Shown here one piece after another: positions 36,372 to 46,221 of a stretch of 64,000 nucleotides of DNA. Numbering within the stretch: the stretch's first letter is position 1; each line of letters starts with the position of its first letter. The notes beneath the pieces were generated by a model. The model was not told the DNA's origin and made no database searches. It saw only the letters and a list, made by a program, of their open reading frames with translations. A program made the position numbers and the translations under genes. Origin of the DNA: Barthelona sp. PCE (taxonomy: Eukaryota); contig JAUFOR010000008.1 of assembly GCA_040285745.1 (NCBI GenBank), positions 1,178,001 to 1,242,000 on the forward strand, given 5' to 3'.

Positions 36372-37793
36372 ATGAGTTTGAAAACCGGGCAAAAGTCACG
36401 CAGCCATGGCTACAAGACAGCATCTCAGACGCAGAATACGCAAAGACATGCATATTATAACAAAACTCTGCCAGCTGCTAATACAATCATTGCCAACCAA
36501 CAAAACCCGCTTCCGTCCGACCCAGGAATGATCTCAAAGAGTCGGACGAAATCGTCATTGGGATTAGAGCGAAAGATTTCACGTTCTCAACATGACCAGT
36601 ACGCTCTTTTTGGGGAAGCAGATAAGAACGGATACTACATACATGCCCCAAGTGAGGTTATCGCAGAGAGATACCGTTGTATTGACGCCATCGGCAGTGG
36701 TACTTTTTCGACTGTCGTTAAGGCTGAAGATCTACGTACAAACACATTTGTTGCGCTCAAGATCATAAGGAGCCCTCTCAAGTATCGAGATGCAGCTAAG
36801 TACGAGATTAGATGTTTGAACAAATTCAATAAGGGGAAAAATCAGAAAATAATTGAACTGCTGGATCACTTTGATTGGAGAGGACATGTAGTAATGGTTT
36901 TCCCATTGTTTAAGGGTGATCTGTTCAAACTAATCACCGAAAAGAGGTTAATTCGTGTCAATCTTGAAGACATTAGAGAGGTTGCGCGTAATATGATTGA
37001 AGCGATTCAGGCATTAAGTTCAGAAGGATACATACACACTGATATCAAGCCGGAGAACATTCTCCTCACGCAGAAGCACTCAAATGGTGGTTCAACGCCA
37101 AATATTGAGAAACAGGAAGAAGATTTTGAGAATGAAGGTGGTCCAGCCAAGTGGATACTTTCAGACTTGGGTTCTGCTGTTCATTCGACGCAAAAGCCGC
37201 CCAGCATCATATGTACCCGTCAGTTCCGCCCGCCGGAAGCTATTTTACAGTTAAAGTATGATTTTAAAGTTGATATATGGTCGCTTGGTTGTGTACTCTT
37301 TGAATTATATACAGGAGACATGATGTTCCCCACGCATTCGAACCACGAGCATCTGGCGATGATTGAGCATTTGATAGGACCGATCCCAACCGCAATGGTG
37401 GAAGAAGCACCAGATGCAATTAGGCAAAAATATTTCAGTGGACGTCCTTTACATCTAATATGGCCACCAACAAACAGAATGGGCCCGAATAAGCAGCCTG
37501 AAATTGATGTTAAAACGCACAGGAGATCACAAAGTAATGACAAATACAAGACCATTGAGAATGTTGTTTCAGTTATGGAACGAGTTAAGAGTATGAAAAC
37601 AATGGAAGAACGTGTTCCAGATCCGGATTTCCGTGATTTCTTGTTCAGAATGCTGGCAATTGATCCTTGCATTAGAAATACACCTGAAAATCTGCTAAAT
37701 CATCCTTTCTTGTCTCCTAAAGAAGAAGTTAGACAAGAAGATGCTGTGAGCACTTCTCCTATGAACGTGGAAACAAAATTAGATGCCAATTAG
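36372..37793 (+). CDS. CMGC protein kinase, CLK/LAMMER family
   Basis: GSGTFS, VALKII, HTDIKPENIL, DLG, TRQFRPPE and the LAMMER-like EHLAMIEHLIG. Confidence 0.88.
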   Translation: MSLKTGQKSRSHGYKTASQTQNTQRHAYYNKTLPAANTIIANQQNPLPSDPGMISKSRTKSSLGLERKISRSQHDQYALFGEADKNGYYIHAPSEVIAERYRCIDAIGSGTFSTVVKAEDLRTNTFVALKIIRSPLKYRDAAKYEIRCLNKFNKGKNQKIIELLDHFDWRGHVVMVFPLFKGDLFKLITEKRLIRVNLEDIREVARNMIEAIQALSSEGYIHTDIKPENILLTQKHSNGGSTPNIEKQEEDFENEGGPAKWILSDLGSAVHSTQKPPSIICTRQFRPPEAILQLKYDFKVDIWSLGCVLFELYTGDMMFPTHSNHEHLAMIEHLIGPIPTAMVEEAPDAIRQKYFSGRPLHLIWPPTNRMGPNKQPEIDVKTHRRSQSNDKYKTIENVVSVMERVKSMKTMEERVPDPDFRDFLFRMLAIDPCIRNTPENLLNHPFLSPKEEVRQEDAVSTSPMNVETKLDAN

Positions 37794-37851
37794 TAAATAT
37801 CAAGCAATTTTTGTGTTTATTGGCTTTACACTTATTTTATGGGCTTTATTT

Positions 37852-40182
37852 ATGTTTGACATTCATAAACTGGCGTTCAACACCGCCGCTGATATTGACG
37901 CTACTCAAATAATTCCAGACCTCGTCACATTTGTGAAAGAAGTCGTAGAAAACGCAATAGATGCCAATTCTACTCGAATTTCGATAGAATTCACAGACTA
38001 TGGGTTGGGTGGTTTACAAATAGTTGATAATGGAGATGGTATTGAAGAAAATTCTTTTTCCGCTCTTGGAAGACCGTTTCATACGTCAAAGATGACTAAT
38101 GTCGACAACATGCATTCTTTAGGATACAGAGGTGAGGCATTAAGTTCCATCATCCAGGTTTGTGGAGTTGTTGTTACAACAGCAACAAATATGACAGGTA
38201 TGGGACATAAACTCGATTTTTCATCTTTTACTGATACAAAAGAGCCTGTAGTCACACCAATTCCCAGATCTCGTGGAACAACGATGGTATTCACAGATCT
38301 ATGGAAGCGTTATCCTGTGAGACAGAAGCACTTTGCAATTAATCACAAGAAATCATACAGAACAGCCGTAACATATCTTCGGGAGTGCTGTTTGCTGTAC
38401 ACCATCGAGCTTTCTGTTGCCCATACCGTTGATGGTCAAAAGAGAACAGTGTACGAAACGACTGGAGAATCTGTATTGGAAAACATGAAAAGTGTTTATT
38501 CAAGAACAAAGTTCGCTGAAGTAACAGAGGTCAGGGCTGTATGCGAAGACATTGAGATAGATGGTGTGGTTTCTTTGCCGAAAAACAGTGCAGGGGAGAA
38601 GCAACCAAATCATATAAGTATTTCTGTTAATGGGCGTATTGTCAAGCGTAAGCCGTTCTTGCCTCTCATCAAGCAGCTGTACACCCGATATTTCATGAGC
38701 GGTACCGTTTATCCCACTTTTATCATTCGAATCACAATGCCTATCTCTGCTCTCGATCTCACGGTTGATCGAAACAAGAGAAGCGTTGGTTTCAAGGACA
38801 AGGAGCACGTATATTCCGTTCTTGGACGACTTTTTACAGATTTTCTAACGGGATGCAATTCCAATAGATCATTTATGGCTAGCATAGCTGTTGATACTCC
38901 TGAGACTTTCACCACTCATTCACAATCACCTGTAATCCGTGGAACAGAGAAGCAAAAGAAAAGAATTCAAAAACAGGTGGCCGCAGCAGTGGACTTCTTG
39001 CATACACAAGAGGAGTTTGTTGAAAAGCCATCTGTTCAAAAAACGTTGGAAAGCTTCTTGAAACCATTAAAGAAACCTGCTATCAGGAGTCCGATACCCG
39101 CAGATGATGATGAGCTAATTATCAAAAAGCATATACGTTCATCAGACAGTGGACTACCGATTAAGCTTCAGAGAACAGAGACAGTACCGGATGTTATCCC
39201 AGATAAAGGTCATGGAACACCGGTTATGGAGTCATTGACTGAAGTTGTTTTAAAACCTGAAATACAATTAGGAACGTTGGAGCAACATAATGAACAGAAT
39301 GTTGAAGTTGAAGATATTGAGGAAGAGGAAGAAGAAGAAGTAGAAGAAAACAACATAGTTTCTGATATGGAAAGGGCCAATAACGTTGCAGTAACTTCAA
39401 AAAATACAGTTGATACTGATACCGAAAATGTAGCTGAAACTACAACTGTTTTAGCACTTGAATACCCTAGCTATGAATGGCTGTTTGAAGATGTATACGA
39501 AAAGACGCGCAGGGTTCCTCGCAAAAGCAGGCAGACCAGCCACACGCATGTGTTGCAGAGAGAAGATATATCTCGGATGAAAAGCGTTGCTCAATTTAAC
39601 CAGGGGTTCTTTATATGCTCACTTCCAATCACAAACGGGCGTGAGACGGTGGACAGTGCCTGGTATGTTATTGACCAGCATGCAGCACATGAACGTTTAA
39701 ATTTTGAAAAATTTCAAAAAACAAAAATTAGAAGACAGCGATTACTGGCACCAATACTTATAAGTGAAGGGTATGTGGATCTGACGAGAGAGCATAGGAA
39801 ATTGTTAAGCAGCATTGGATTTGAGCAGATTGACACTGAACGTGGAATGATGCTGCTCAGTGTCCCAACAATCTTCCACAAATCTTTGGATGTATCAAAC
39901 TTCTATGAGATCCTAGATGCGCTAAGGAGCGCTACTATAGAAGAAGGAGAGATGTCAATACTGGCAAGCGATGTGGTTTTTAGGACATTGGCTTCAAAAG
40001 CTTGCCGTTCATCAATTATGGTTGGTGAATCTGTTTCCTTTGCGCAATTCAATTCTATTCTGAAGGAAATGGGTGAATATTGCAAATATCCGTGGATGTG
40101 TCCACATGGAAGAAGTACAACAAGTTTCTTATGTTTCGCGTCTGAATTTTCAAAGATCTTTGAGGGATATTCACCTTGCTAG
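37852..40182 (+). CDS. PMS1: MutL-family mismatch repair endonuclease (yeast Pms1 / human PMS2 type)
   Basis: KEVVENAIDA, DNGDGI and GYRGEAL ATPase motifs. Endonuclease motifs DQHAAHERLNFE, ACR and CPHGR. Confidence 0.93.
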   Translation: MFDIHKLAFNTAADIDATQIIPDLVTFVKEVVENAIDANSTRISIEFTDYGLGGLQIVDNGDGIEENSFSALGRPFHTSKMTNVDNMHSLGYRGEALSSIIQVCGVVVTTATNMTGMGHKLDFSSFTDTKEPVVTPIPRSRGTTMVFTDLWKRYPVRQKHFAINHKKSYRTAVTYLRECCLLYTIELSVAHTVDGQKRTVYETTGESVLENMKSVYSRTKFAEVTEVRAVCEDIEIDGVVSLPKNSAGEKQPNHISISVNGRIVKRKPFLPLIKQLYTRYFMSGTVYPTFIIRITMPISALDLTVDRNKRSVGFKDKEHVYSVLGRLFTDFLTGCNSNRSFMASIAVDTPETFTTHSQSPVIRGTEKQKKRIQKQVAAAVDFLHTQEEFVEKPSVQKTLESFLKPLKKPAIRSPIPADDDELIIKKHIRSSDSGLPIKLQRTETVPDVIPDKGHGTPVMESLTEVVLKPEIQLGTLEQHNEQNVEVEDIEEEEEEEVEENNIVSDMERANNVAVTSKNTVDTDTENVAETTTVLALEYPSYEWLFEDVYEKTRRVPRKSRQTSHTHVLQREDISRMKSVAQFNQGFFICSLPITNGRETVDSAWYVIDQHAAHERLNFEKFQKTKIRRQRLLAPILISEGYVDLTREHRKLLSSIGFEQIDTERGMMLLSVPTIFHKSLDVSNFYEILDALRSATIEEGEMSILASDVVFRTLASKACRSSIMVGESVSFAQFNSILKEMGEYCKYPWMCPHGRSTTSFLCFASEFSKIFEGYSPC

Positions 40183-40381
40183 TGGTTTTCAGATCGATTT
40201 TAATGTAAATATGGTTAGATGGCGATATTATTTTGTAAACAGGTTAAATGAATACCGAACCAAATTGTTACGATACAGAGTTTGAAAATGAGTCATAAAT
40301 GACGTTTGATGAGATGTTAGAAGCTTATATCTGCAAAACAAAGTGAATTAGTTTTTGTTACTCTTTTTTGCTTCCTGAATC

Positions 40382-41371
40382 ATGGAACCTGCCCCTTTCA
40401 TCATAGTTTGGGTTATTACGCTATTCTTGATATCTGTATTCAAGAAATCAGCAAGAATTATCACACACACTCATGTTTGTATCGTTGAACGACTTGGACG
40501 TTATAATAGAACGCTATTACCGGGTTTACACTTCATCGTTCCTTGGGTGGAGGAAACTCGTAAGGTCAACTGGAGATTTATTGAAGTTTCTCCTCGTTCT
40601 AACGAAGTTCATGTTAAGAAGATGACAACGGACAAGATTGACCTCAGAGAGTGTGTTCTCGACATGGCTCATCAGCAAATTATCACAAAGGATAACGTTC
40701 AATTAGAACTTGATAGCATTCTTTATTTCCGTATTTTAGATCCTCAAGCATGTGTTCTTCGTGTTCAAAATCTGCCTGACTCTCTTGAACTTCTTGTTAA
40801 ATCAACATTAAGAAACATTATGTCTTCATTAACTTTGGATGATACTTTTGCTTCTCGTGAAAAGATTTCAACTGAACTCAGAGAGAAATGTACTCGTGAT
40901 TGCCAACGTTGGGGTTGCCAGATTGAACGTGTGGAACTCCAAAACATCATCCTTAATATCAAGGTTTCTCAAGCAATGGAATCTCAAATCAAGGAATCAA
41001 ATGAGCGTAAATCCACCATCCTCGAGGCCGCTGGTACCAAAGAATCACGCATTATTCGTTCTCTTGGTATTTCGGCCAAGAAGATTCTCGATGCTGATTG
41101 TCAACGTGCTTCAGCCATTAACCGTGCACAGGGTGAAGCAGAGGCCAAGCTTGCCATTGCCACAGCCAACGCCACGTCGATCAACAGATTGCGTGACATT
41201 TTAGACGAGGTTGGATCAACAATTTTAACTGCCCCTGATTATTTGATGAGTTTGCAGTATATTGGCGCCCTCAAGCGTCTTTCGGGAGCCGGTAAAACCA
41301 AATTGGTTCTTATTCCTTCAGATTCTAATGATTTTGTTCAAGAAGTAATGAAGCATAATCCCTTGAAGTAA
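40382..41371 (+). CDS. SPFH/band-7 (stomatin-like) protein
   Basis: N-terminal TM, IVERLGRY...PGLHFIVP, IDLRE, ITKDNV and a C-terminal coiled coil. Confidence 0.92.
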   Translation: MEPAPFIIVWVITLFLISVFKKSARIITHTHVCIVERLGRYNRTLLPGLHFIVPWVEETRKVNWRFIEVSPRSNEVHVKKMTTDKIDLRECVLDMAHQQIITKDNVQLELDSILYFRILDPQACVLRVQNLPDSLELLVKSTLRNIMSSLTLDDTFASREKISTELREKCTRDCQRWGCQIERVELQNIILNIKVSQAMESQIKESNERKSTILEAAGTKESRIIRSLGISAKKILDADCQRASAINRAQGEAEAKLAIATANATSINRLRDILDEVGSTILTAPDYLMSLQYIGALKRLSGAGKTKLVLIPSDSNDFVQEVMKHNPLK

Positions 41372-41391
41372 TTAAATAATGTAAATACGAT

Positions 41392-43575
41392 TTATTCTGA
41401 TTCTGTCTTTTGCAACTTTGTTGGTGGTTGTCCTTTAATCTCCTCACCAGCCTTACGTTTACGATCAATCTCTGCGAAATAAACTTCCAGCCTTCCTTGA
41501 TATTCCTCTTCAGCCTTTGCTTTAGCCTCTTCTTCTGGCATACCCTTAACCATGAGCTTTGCTGCCTTCTGACGACGCTTATCCCTAAACTTCTTAATTT
41601 TTCGTGAAACAACTTTAGCTTCTTGAATATCCTTTGCACTCTTTCCAAATGCCTGAGTACGTTTCAATTTCCTCAACTTCTGCACGTTTTCTAACGCAAA
41701 CTCAACCACCATACGTCGACCATTCAACAACGTGGGATTATTGTTCATATACCTAAGACATGCTAAAGCTAATGTGTGATTTTTGAATTCAACGAAACCG
41801 AATCCTTTGGAACGGAACACGCCCTGCTTGTTGAGCCTGTCCTTATCACGAACAATCTTTACCTGATGGAAATGGGGTGTTTCACTTATCTTCTTGAGTT
41901 TATCATTTGCTTCAAAATCTAGAAGAGCCAGGCCTTCCTTGCAACTTGTACGAGCCATTTTCTCAAGCTCTGCCTCGTCCAATGCCATTGGAAGATTACG
42001 AACAGAGAGACGCGTCCTTGAAACAAACCAGTTGGCGTCTGCAAGCTTTGCCTTCCGGTCATGATGTGAAGACATACGCAGGCGGATGTCCTGCTCACTC
42101 ATACCCTGGCGTTGTGCTTCCTCAACACCAATATGTCCTTCTAAAGCAAGATATAAATTCCTCTTATCCTTCTTGCGTTCTTCGTCTCGTACTTTCTTAG
42201 CATCAGCAACGTCATTACGTGTCATTGCATAATGGATCTGTACCTCTCTACCATCAATCTCAACGGTCTTGGCTTCAACAGCACGCTTAGCACCACTTTC
42301 CTTACGGAAGGTGGCAAAACCATTGCGTAAACCATGGTCAACCTTGTTAATCAACTTAGGAAGCTTGACTCGACCGAAAGCAGCCTTCAGTGCATCCATA
42401 ACATCCTTCTCGGTTGTTGTCTCGGATATTCCAACTAAAAACACCTTCTTCTTGTGGAAGATGTCCGACTCTACCCACTTACGACGCTCTTCACCGTCAT
42501 TCTCCTTGGGTTCTTCCTCTTCCTTTGGCTTCTCCTCTTCATTTGGTTCCTCCTCTTCAAAATCTTCATCATCACTCGGGTGGTATTCATGGTCTTCCTC
42601 TTCAGACTCTTCTTCCTCTTCGGATTCGTAGCCCTCTTCTTCCTTCAGCTTCTCCTGGTACTCCTCGTAGTCCTCTCTATCCATGCACATGTCAACATGA
42701 ATTGTTCGGTTACCGAGACGCTTATTGTTGAGCAACTTTAGCGCCCGCTCAGCATCACTTGGCACATAATATGAACAGAAACCATAACCAGTGAGCATTT
42801 TGTACTCAGAAACCTCTCCTGCGCGTCTCACAAAGCTTTTAAGGGTCTTGATGTTGAGGTTGTTAGGAAGGTTACGGAGGATCAACCTACAAAGCTTGGA
42901 GTATGATCTTTGCTCTAAAACACACGACATCACGGTGTTTCCGAGCATGACAGTTTTGTGCAGAGCATTGGCAACTGTAAAAGATTTCTTCTTGTATGAT
43001 AATATCGCCTGCTTACATCTTCCAATGTCGAACTCAACTTTCTCGATTGTGATCTCACCAGGAGCCTCGACGCCCTTGGTGCCAATAGCTTGTTCGATTT
43101 CAGCACGAATTGCATCATCTTTAGCCTTTAAAGGAAGTGGCCAAACTACGACATCCCAATTTTTGGGCATGTTCAGCTCCTCAGGATCCTTCTTCTGGGG
43201 TTCCTCTGGTGCCTCTGGTTCGGATTCGTCCTCATCGTCGTGTTGTTTGTGCTTTTGTTGACGTAAAAAATCCATGTGATCTAATCTTCGCTGCTTTTTC
43301 TTCTTGCCCAACTTGTGGAACATACCGGCACGATCAATTCGAATCTCACGTCCGTTAATCGTCTTTCCAGTGAGTTTAACAGCACTAATAGCATCAGTCT
43401 CATCACTGAATTCGATAAAACCGTAACCCCTTGAATGACCAACGTTGTTCTTGATAATGAACGCTCTTTTGACCGGCCCAACCTCTGAAAAGAATTGTTC
43501 AAGATCTTCATTTGTTGTTTCGTATGATAAGTTATTCACAATAATTTTGAACTTGTCAGTGTTAATTGAAGGCAT
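41392..43575 (-). CDS. NOP4: Nucleolar multi-RRM protein Nop4/RBM28
   Basis: Several RRMs (SRGYGFIEF, SKGFGFVEF), an acidic linker, DKRNLYLALEG, FVSRTRLSVRNLP and VEFALEN. Confidence 0.95.
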   Translation of the reverse strand: MPSINTDKFKIIVNNLSYETTNEDLEQFFSEVGPVKRAFIIKNNVGHSRGYGFIEFSDETDAISAVKLTGKTINGREIRIDRAGMFHKLGKKKKQRRLDHMDFLRQQKHKQHDDEDESEPEAPEEPQKKDPEELNMPKNWDVVVWPLPLKAKDDAIRAEIEQAIGTKGVEAPGEITIEKVEFDIGRCKQAILSYKKKSFTVANALHKTVMLGNTVMSCVLEQRSYSKLCRLILRNLPNNLNIKTLKSFVRRAGEVSEYKMLTGYGFCSYYVPSDAERALKLLNNKRLGNRTIHVDMCMDREDYEEYQEKLKEEEGYESEEEEESEEEDHEYHPSDDEDFEEEEPNEEEKPKEEEEPKENDGEERRKWVESDIFHKKKVFLVGISETTTEKDVMDALKAAFGRVKLPKLINKVDHGLRNGFATFRKESGAKRAVEAKTVEIDGREVQIHYAMTRNDVADAKKVRDEERKKDKRNLYLALEGHIGVEEAQRQGMSEQDIRLRMSSHHDRKAKLADANWFVSRTRLSVRNLPMALDEAELEKMARTSCKEGLALLDFEANDKLKKISETPHFHQVKIVRDKDRLNKQGVFRSKGFGFVEFKNHTLALACLRYMNNNPTLLNGRRMVVEFALENVQKLRKLKRTQAFGKSAKDIQEAKVVSRKIKKFRDKRRQKAAKLMVKGMPEEEAKAKAEEEYQGRLEVYFAEIDRKRKAGEEIKGQPPTKLQKTESE

Positions 43576-43922
43576 ATTGCGACTAAAAAATGGTGATAAG
43601 TAAATAAATAAGGTGAAAGAAACGGTGAGAAATGTAGATCTCACTATTGCTCATTACCAAAACACTTTATTTGTTGCTTGTGTGATTTAGATCCATATAT
43701 ATATACCGTTTTATATGAACAAAATACCATGTATGTGTTAGAAAATGATCCTGCACTACAAAATTCCTCAAACCCTTTGAAACTTAGCTTAAAGTCGGTT
43801 TACAAAAAGTATTGATCATGATTTGGTTCAATTTTGAAAAATCCAATCAAAAAAAAACTGGCTAAATGGAAAACTCTTTTGTTCTTCAACCATATCTAAC
43901 AGAACTTAACAATCCAAGGGAA

Positions 43923-45176
43923 TCAACGCGTCACACTAATTTTTTTCTTCTTTGTTGTGTTTAGCTGTTGATATTGAGCAGAAAATTCCTTATATGAATC
44001 CATACACTTCTTAATATTATGCACAATACATACTAGCAACGAACAAATTACAACAAAAACTATTATGTATATTAAACCCTTCCAAAACTGCGTAATATTT
44101 TGACCGAAGTAATACTTTAAGTTACTAAGCGTATATCCGTCGCCAAACATTTTGGAAAAAATATATCCAAAGGACTTTGAATAATAATATATCATAACTA
44201 CAAATGATTGAAACTGCCAGATAATACTCTGTACGAAACCTACTCTATAAGTTGCTTCTGAATCAATGCTATTGTAAACATCTTCATCTTTTAACAAGAA
44301 GTAACATAAATAGAAAATTTGAAAAATCCAAGACAAACTGAGAAGCCAAGCAGATACCACCTCGCTGCCATATGCACCAGTTGTATACAGTGTAAAACAA
44401 ACTATGAAAGAAATTGTATTGGCTATGTAATATAATCCTGAAAAAATAAAAAACCAAAAATTTCCACTGGCTGCAGAAGTATTCACAGCTGCCATAAACG
44501 AATAGAAAATATTGAGAACCACAACACCATGCACCATACCATAAAATACAGCAATTGATGGTAGCATACTGAGACCAACGACGCAAAAATAAACTTGACC
44601 AATTCCCAATGCGCTTAACGAATATTTCCATGTGTATTTGGAATAAATGTTATAGTTGTAAACACCCTGCTCATAGAAATCATAATCTCGGTTAGGGAAC
44701 ATATCCATCCATGAGAAAGCAGTGTTTGAAATCCAAATCCAAAGATAATTGAACCAATAATAGATGTAGACAAGCTCAATTATAAAGAAAATAATACGAA
44801 GTACGTTAAAAGACTCAAGTTCATCTGACCAAGGTGAAAAATAATCGCTTGCATGACGCCAAATAACTATTAAACTAATCATAAAAGTCCAGAACCTGAA
44901 CCATTTCCACTCAGGCCCTTCAAGGAATATGGTACCAATCTGACAAATTGCAATAAAGAAGTTAATGAGATAACTCCAAAAATACTCGAAATCATGACTA
45001 CCTGAGCATAAAACCTGCTTCAGAAACGAAAAGAAAATAAATATTGGGCTTACATGGACCTGTCCATCATCGTAATCGTTAAAATCGTACATTTCAGAAT
45101 TCATTGGCACAACAGGAGCTCCTACTGGTGCAGATGGTGCTTGAAAAATCACGTTTGGTGCATTCGGTGCAGACAT
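43923..45176 (-). CDS. Uncharacterised multi-pass membrane protein (paralogue of 2483-3709)
   Basis: 417 aa from MSAPNAP. Shares VH.SP...FFSF.KQ.LCSG and the C-terminal KKC...TKKKK with the ORF at 2483. Confidence 0.8.
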   Translation of the reverse strand: MSAPNAPNVIFQAPSAPVGAPVVPMNSEMYDFNDYDDGQVHVSPIFIFFSFLKQVLCSGSHDFEYFWSYLINFFIAICQIGTIFLEGPEWKWFRFWTFMISLIVIWRHASDYFSPWSDELESFNVLRIIFFIIELVYIYYWFNYLWIWISNTAFSWMDMFPNRDYDFYEQGVYNYNIYSKYTWKYSLSALGIGQVYFCVVGLSMLPSIAVFYGMVHGVVVLNIFYSFMAAVNTSAASGNFWFFIFSGLYYIANTISFIVCFTLYTTGAYGSEVVSAWLLSLSWIFQIFYLCYFLLKDEDVYNSIDSEATYRVGFVQSIIWQFQSFVVMIYYYSKSFGYIFSKMFGDGYTLSNLKYYFGQNITQFWKGLIYIIVFVVICSLLVCIVHNIKKCMDSYKEFSAQYQQLNTTKKKKISVTR

Positions 45177-45908
45177 ATGTGTTGAAAAGAAAAGAAAAAA
45201 GAAATACAAAGAGCTACCGAAAAAGAAATTCGTTTTAGAAACATTTTTTATTTTTAAGTATTCACTCGTGACATTTTAGATCACAGCTTCCCCAATAAAG
45301 ACTACAATATCACTATTCTACACATCTATGTTTGTATTAATCCCCAAAATCAATCCCTGGCTTAAAAACATTAATAAACTTGAAATCAGTGATATGAACA
45401 AATCCAAAAAGATAATCTTATCGAAAAAAGGCCCTTTTGATCCAACAAAATCTCGTTTTTCCATGGTCAAAATCCAGAGAAACTGCAAAAAAGACTGAAA
45501 CAATCGAAATTTCATATTCATATCTCATCACATTACTCTACCCCCTCATATTGAAGCCTAAAAGCATTCTTACATACGTGTATATAATCTATCTAATATG
45601 TAAATACTAAACAATTGAGCAAAATGACTAAAAGGTCATAACAATATGATTCTACCTTTTCTACACATGATGTTGTGCATACAATAACGTGTTTTCGACG
45701 ATGATACACGCCATATGCGATGTATCTATCTAGTAAATGGCAAAAATGTAATACAAGCCATATACCATCCACAAACAAATTAAAGTACGTGACTGACTGT
45801 TGGGCGTACCAATAAACAAAATTGTGAGGGAAATATTTACTTCCTAGTTTCTCTTGAAGCAAGATAAGCATAATGCCAATAAACGGCTACACGCGCATCT
45901 GAGGCTGC

Positions 45909-46176
45909 TTAGAGCTTGAGGGAGTTTCTTCTCCAGTGCTTAGTAGGTGTGTACTTGGCCTAAATGTAAGTGCAAATGTGAATCAAAAATATCGCTTTGC
46001 AAAGCCTGTAGTTCCTTGGTTTATGCGCGAACGCATGTGGAATACAGCATGTGGAAGCATTACGTGAAACATACTTTGTAACCACGCTTCATTCTGGCGA
46101 AGTAAGGCTGGCGACGGTTCTTGTTGCGAAGAGCACCCATTTTACGCTTAAGATGGAAGGATTTGTGGGAAGACAT
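45909..46176 (-). CDS. RPL39: 60S ribosomal protein eL39, two exons: 46176-46075 and 45959-45909 (not in the ORF track)
   Basis: The spliced product MSSHKSFHLKRKMGALRNKNRRQPYFARMKRGYK/AKYTPTKHWRRNSLKL (50 aa) matches the eL39 pattern MSSHK.F..K......QNR..P...RM....HWRR..L. The exons join in frame across a GT-AG intron. Confidence 0.95.
45960..46074 (-). other. Spliceosomal intron, 115 nt, phase 0
   Basis: 5' GTATGT (46074-46069) and 3' ACTTACATTTAG (45971-45960). Removing it restores a full-length eL39. Confidence 0.93.
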
Positions 46177-46202
46177 GCTAGCTTAGATCAAAATCCGGGG
46201 TC

Positions 46203-46221
46203 GGAAGAAGGGGAAAGGGAG
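46203..46221 (-). promoter_or_regulatory. Pure pyrimidine tract upstream of RPL39 (TOP/initiator-like)
   Basis: CTCCCTTTCCCCTTCTTCC, 19 nt, ending about 27 nt before the ATG. Confidence 0.4.

Noticed and set aside
45593-45871. 92-aa and 67-aa (45318-45521) minus-strand ORFs and a 60-aa plus-strand ORF (46051-46233) near RPL39
   Set aside because: No motifs. They lie downstream of or antisense to RPL39, which explains the locus better.
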